The notes below the pieces were generated by a model. That model was not told where the DNA came from. It worked only from the letters and a program-made list of their open reading frames with translations, and ran no database searches. Shown piece by piece: positions 53,702-55,194 of a stretch of 55,194 nucleotides of DNA. The translations under genes and the position numbers were made by a program. This DNA comes from Patescibacteria group bacterium (GTDB lineage Bacteria; Patescibacteriota; Microgenomatia; UBA8517), in NCBI GenBank assembly GCA_042571305.1, contig JBHPHS010000002.1:1-55194 (forward strand), written 5' to 3'. Position 1 is the first letter of the stretch; each line of letters starts with the position of its first letter.

Positions 53702-54823
53702 GTGAAAACAAAAGGTAAATCTCCTCTTAAGAAACAAAAAAAATCGGTTGACAGAAGTTTAATGATTTTGTTTTTTGTTTTTACTATTTTAGGACTTGTT
53801 GCGGTTGCTGATGCTTCTGCCCCTCAGGCTCTTAGTGTTTTTAATGACAAGTTATATTTTTTCAAACAGCAAGCTGTCTGGGCGGGGGTAGGAATAATCT
53901 TGCTTTTGATATTTTCTAAAATCAACTATAAACTTTGGGAGAAGGTAGCAACAATATTTTTCTTGATTAGTTTAGGTTTATTGGTTGCGGTTTTGGTACC
54001 TGGTATTGGTTTAAAGGCACTGGGAGCAAGGCGTTGGATACCCCTGGGATTTTTCAGTATTCAACCCTCAGAAATAGTAAAACTTAGCTTAGCGGTATAT
54101 TTGGCAAAAGTTGCATCAAAGGAAAAAAGTACACTTTCATATTTTATACCTTTGGTTATTGTTTCCTTCCTTATTATGCTTGAACCAGATTTAGGGACCA
54201 CTGTTTCAATAACTTTATTTGCACTAGCTCAAATATTTATTTCAGGAGTAAACATATTTCAGTTTTTCCTTGCTTGTTTGGGAGGTATCCTTGCTGCAAT
54301 TGTCTTAATTATTACATCAAGTTATAGGCGTGAAAGACTTATTACATATTTAAATGCGACTCAAGACCCATTGGGAAAATCATACCATATAAGGCAAATT
54401 CTATTAGCACTTGGTTCTGGAGGTATTTTTGGTGTAGGAATTGGGGCATCAAGGCAAAAGTTTCTTTTTCTTCCTGAGGCAGCAACAGATTCAATATTTG
54501 CAGTTATTGCAGAAGAGCTTGGTTTTGTTGGGGCAGCTGTAGTAATTATTCTTTTTGCCTTTTTTTTGTATAAAGGCCTATCAATATCCATGAAATCCCC
54601 TGACATATTTTCCCAGGTTTTAGCAGTTGGGCTTACGGTTTGGATTGGTGGACAGGCATTTTTAAATATTGCCTCAATGGTTGCTTTGATTCCTCTTACT
54701 GGAATCCCTCTTCCATTTTTTTCATACGGAGGAAGCAGTTTGGTGATGATTTTAGTTGCTTGCGGTATACTACTAAATATAAGCAAGTATGCAGAGACAA
54801 AAAAGAGTAGTTTTCGCAGGTAG
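53702..54823 (+). CDS. ftsW: SEDS family lipid II polymerase/flippase FtsW
   Basis: PSEIVKLSL, LFLPEAATDSIFAVIAEELGFVG and PLPFFSYGGSS motifs. The start is probably the in-frame GTG at 53702, after the mraY stop; the ORF-track start at 53624 overlaps mraY by 50 nt. Confidence 0.9.
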   Translation: MKTKGKSPLKKQKKSVDRSLMILFFVFTILGLVAVADASAPQALSVFNDKLYFFKQQAVWAGVGIILLLIFSKINYKLWEKVATIFFLISLGLLVAVLVPGIGLKALGARRWIPLGFFSIQPSEIVKLSLAVYLAKVASKEKSTLSYFIPLVIVSFLIMLEPDLGTTVSITLFALAQIFISGVNIFQFFLACLGGILAAIVLIITSSYRRERLITYLNATQDPLGKSYHIRQILLALGSGGIFGVGIGASRQKFLFLPEAATDSIFAVIAEELGFVGAAVVIILFAFFLYKGLSISMKSPDIFSQVLAVGLTVWIGGQAFLNIASMVALIPLTGIPLPFFSYGGSSLVMILVACGILLNISKYAETKKSSFRR

Positions 54824-55194
54824 TCATGCTGCTACACCAGCGATTGCGGTTATTGAAGAGATTAAAAGAAGAAAACTTCCTTGGAGTATCTATTGGGTAG
54901 GTAAAAAGTGGGCTAGTGAGGATAAGACTTCAATTAGCCTTGAGTATAGAGTACTTCCGAAAATGGGTGTTACTTATTTACCTCTTGAGTCAGGAAGAAT
55001 TCAAACAAAGTTTACAAAACACACCATCCCTGCTCTTTTTAAAATACCTTTCGGATTTGTACATTCCTTAGCCATATTTTTAAAAGTAAAACCTGAGTTG
55101 GTTTTGTCTTTTGGTGGTGCAAGCGGAGCCATGGTTGTTTTCTGGTCATGGGTATTTAGGGTACCTGTGGTTATTCATGAGCAAACTGCAGTCG
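54789..55194 (+). CDS. murG: MurG (lipid I GlcNAc transferase), 3'-partial, not in the ORF track
   Basis: Hand translation from ATG 54789 is open to the window end: MQRQKRVVFAGSHAATPAIAVIEEIKRRK...KPELVLSFGGASGAMVV...VPVVIHEQTAV. It matches the MurG N-domain layout (G-loop, GGY-type loop, IHEQN), and it sits in the canonical position after ftsW. Confidence 0.8.
   Translation, partial: MQRQKRVVFAGSHAATPAIAVIEEIKRRKLPWSIYWVGKKWASEDKTSISLEYRVLPKMGVTYLPLESGRIQTKFTKHTIPALFKIPFGFVHSLAIFLKVKPELVLSFGGASGAMVVFWSWVFRVPVVIHEQTAV

Noticed and set aside
54361-54786. 141-aa minus-strand ORF inside ftsW
   Set aside because: It is antisense to the conserved SEDS core (LPEAATDSIFAVIAEELG), with no independent support.
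1-55194. Alternative genetic code (TGA recoded), as in some candidate phyla
   Set aside because: Several conserved genes end at TGA at the expected C-terminus (for example stops at 7040-7042 and 8469-8471). No conserved gene shows an in-frame TGA that would need read-through. The alr interruption is a frameshift, not a recoded stop.
1-55194. CRISPR arrays, tRNA/rRNA genes, transposases, integrases, phage or defence-system genes
   Set aside because: Reading the few intergenic gaps (3173-3348, 32775-32888, 34820-34926, 45107-45191 and a few gaps under 30 nt) showed no repeat-spacer pattern and no cloverleaf-like sequence. No ORF has nuclease, helicase or recombinase motifs apart from RecO and the DEDD exonuclease-like protein.

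Overview
This is an AT-rich, very gene-dense bacterial window. There is almost no intergenic DNA, many neighbouring genes overlap by 1-45 nt, and TAA, TAG and TGA all act as stops. The content (many GT-C type membrane glycosyltransferases, a DUF4012 protein, a short RecO, fused mur genes) suggests a small-genome Patescibacteria/CPR-like organism, but that is inference only. The window has three parts. (i) Positions 1-26.6 kb hold a cell-surface glycan locus. It encodes six polytopic GT-C/YfhO-like membrane proteins, a Wzx-like flippase, a Wzy/O-antigen-ligase-like protein, six GT4 enzymes (one split into two ORFs) and four GT2 enzymes. It also encodes a methyltransferase, a degenerate kinase-like protein, a hexapeptide acetyltransferase, ManC and a polyprenyl-phosphate sugar-phosphate transferase. 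(ii) Positions 26.6-34.8 kb are a mixed block: DUF4012, recO, a znuCB-like ABC pair, a DEDD exonuclease-like gene, an LCP ligase (minus strand), tspO, glyQS and one hypothetical. (iii) Positions 34.9-55.2 kb hold an unusually complete dcw/peptidoglycan cluster. Its order is mraZ-rsmH-ftsL-ftsI-murA-murE::glmU(N-domain)-yvcK-[three antisense genes]-murC-murB::murD-murI-ddl-alr(frameshifted)-murF-mraY-ftsW-murG(partial). The most unusual element is the antisense trio (42404-45106), which reads as a three-way split ATP-citrate-lyase / citryl-CoA synthetase plus lyase module sitting inside the cell-wall cluster. Other notable points are listed here.
- Two mur-gene fusions.
- An Asp-type (fosfomycin-insensitive type) MurA.
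- A T7-tract frameshift in alr.
- A GT4 split at its interdomain hinge.
- MraZ-box-like 10-bp phased repeats.
- A recurring -10 box positioned so that several operon-first genes would be leaderless.
I found no rRNA, tRNA, CRISPR array, transposase or integrase.
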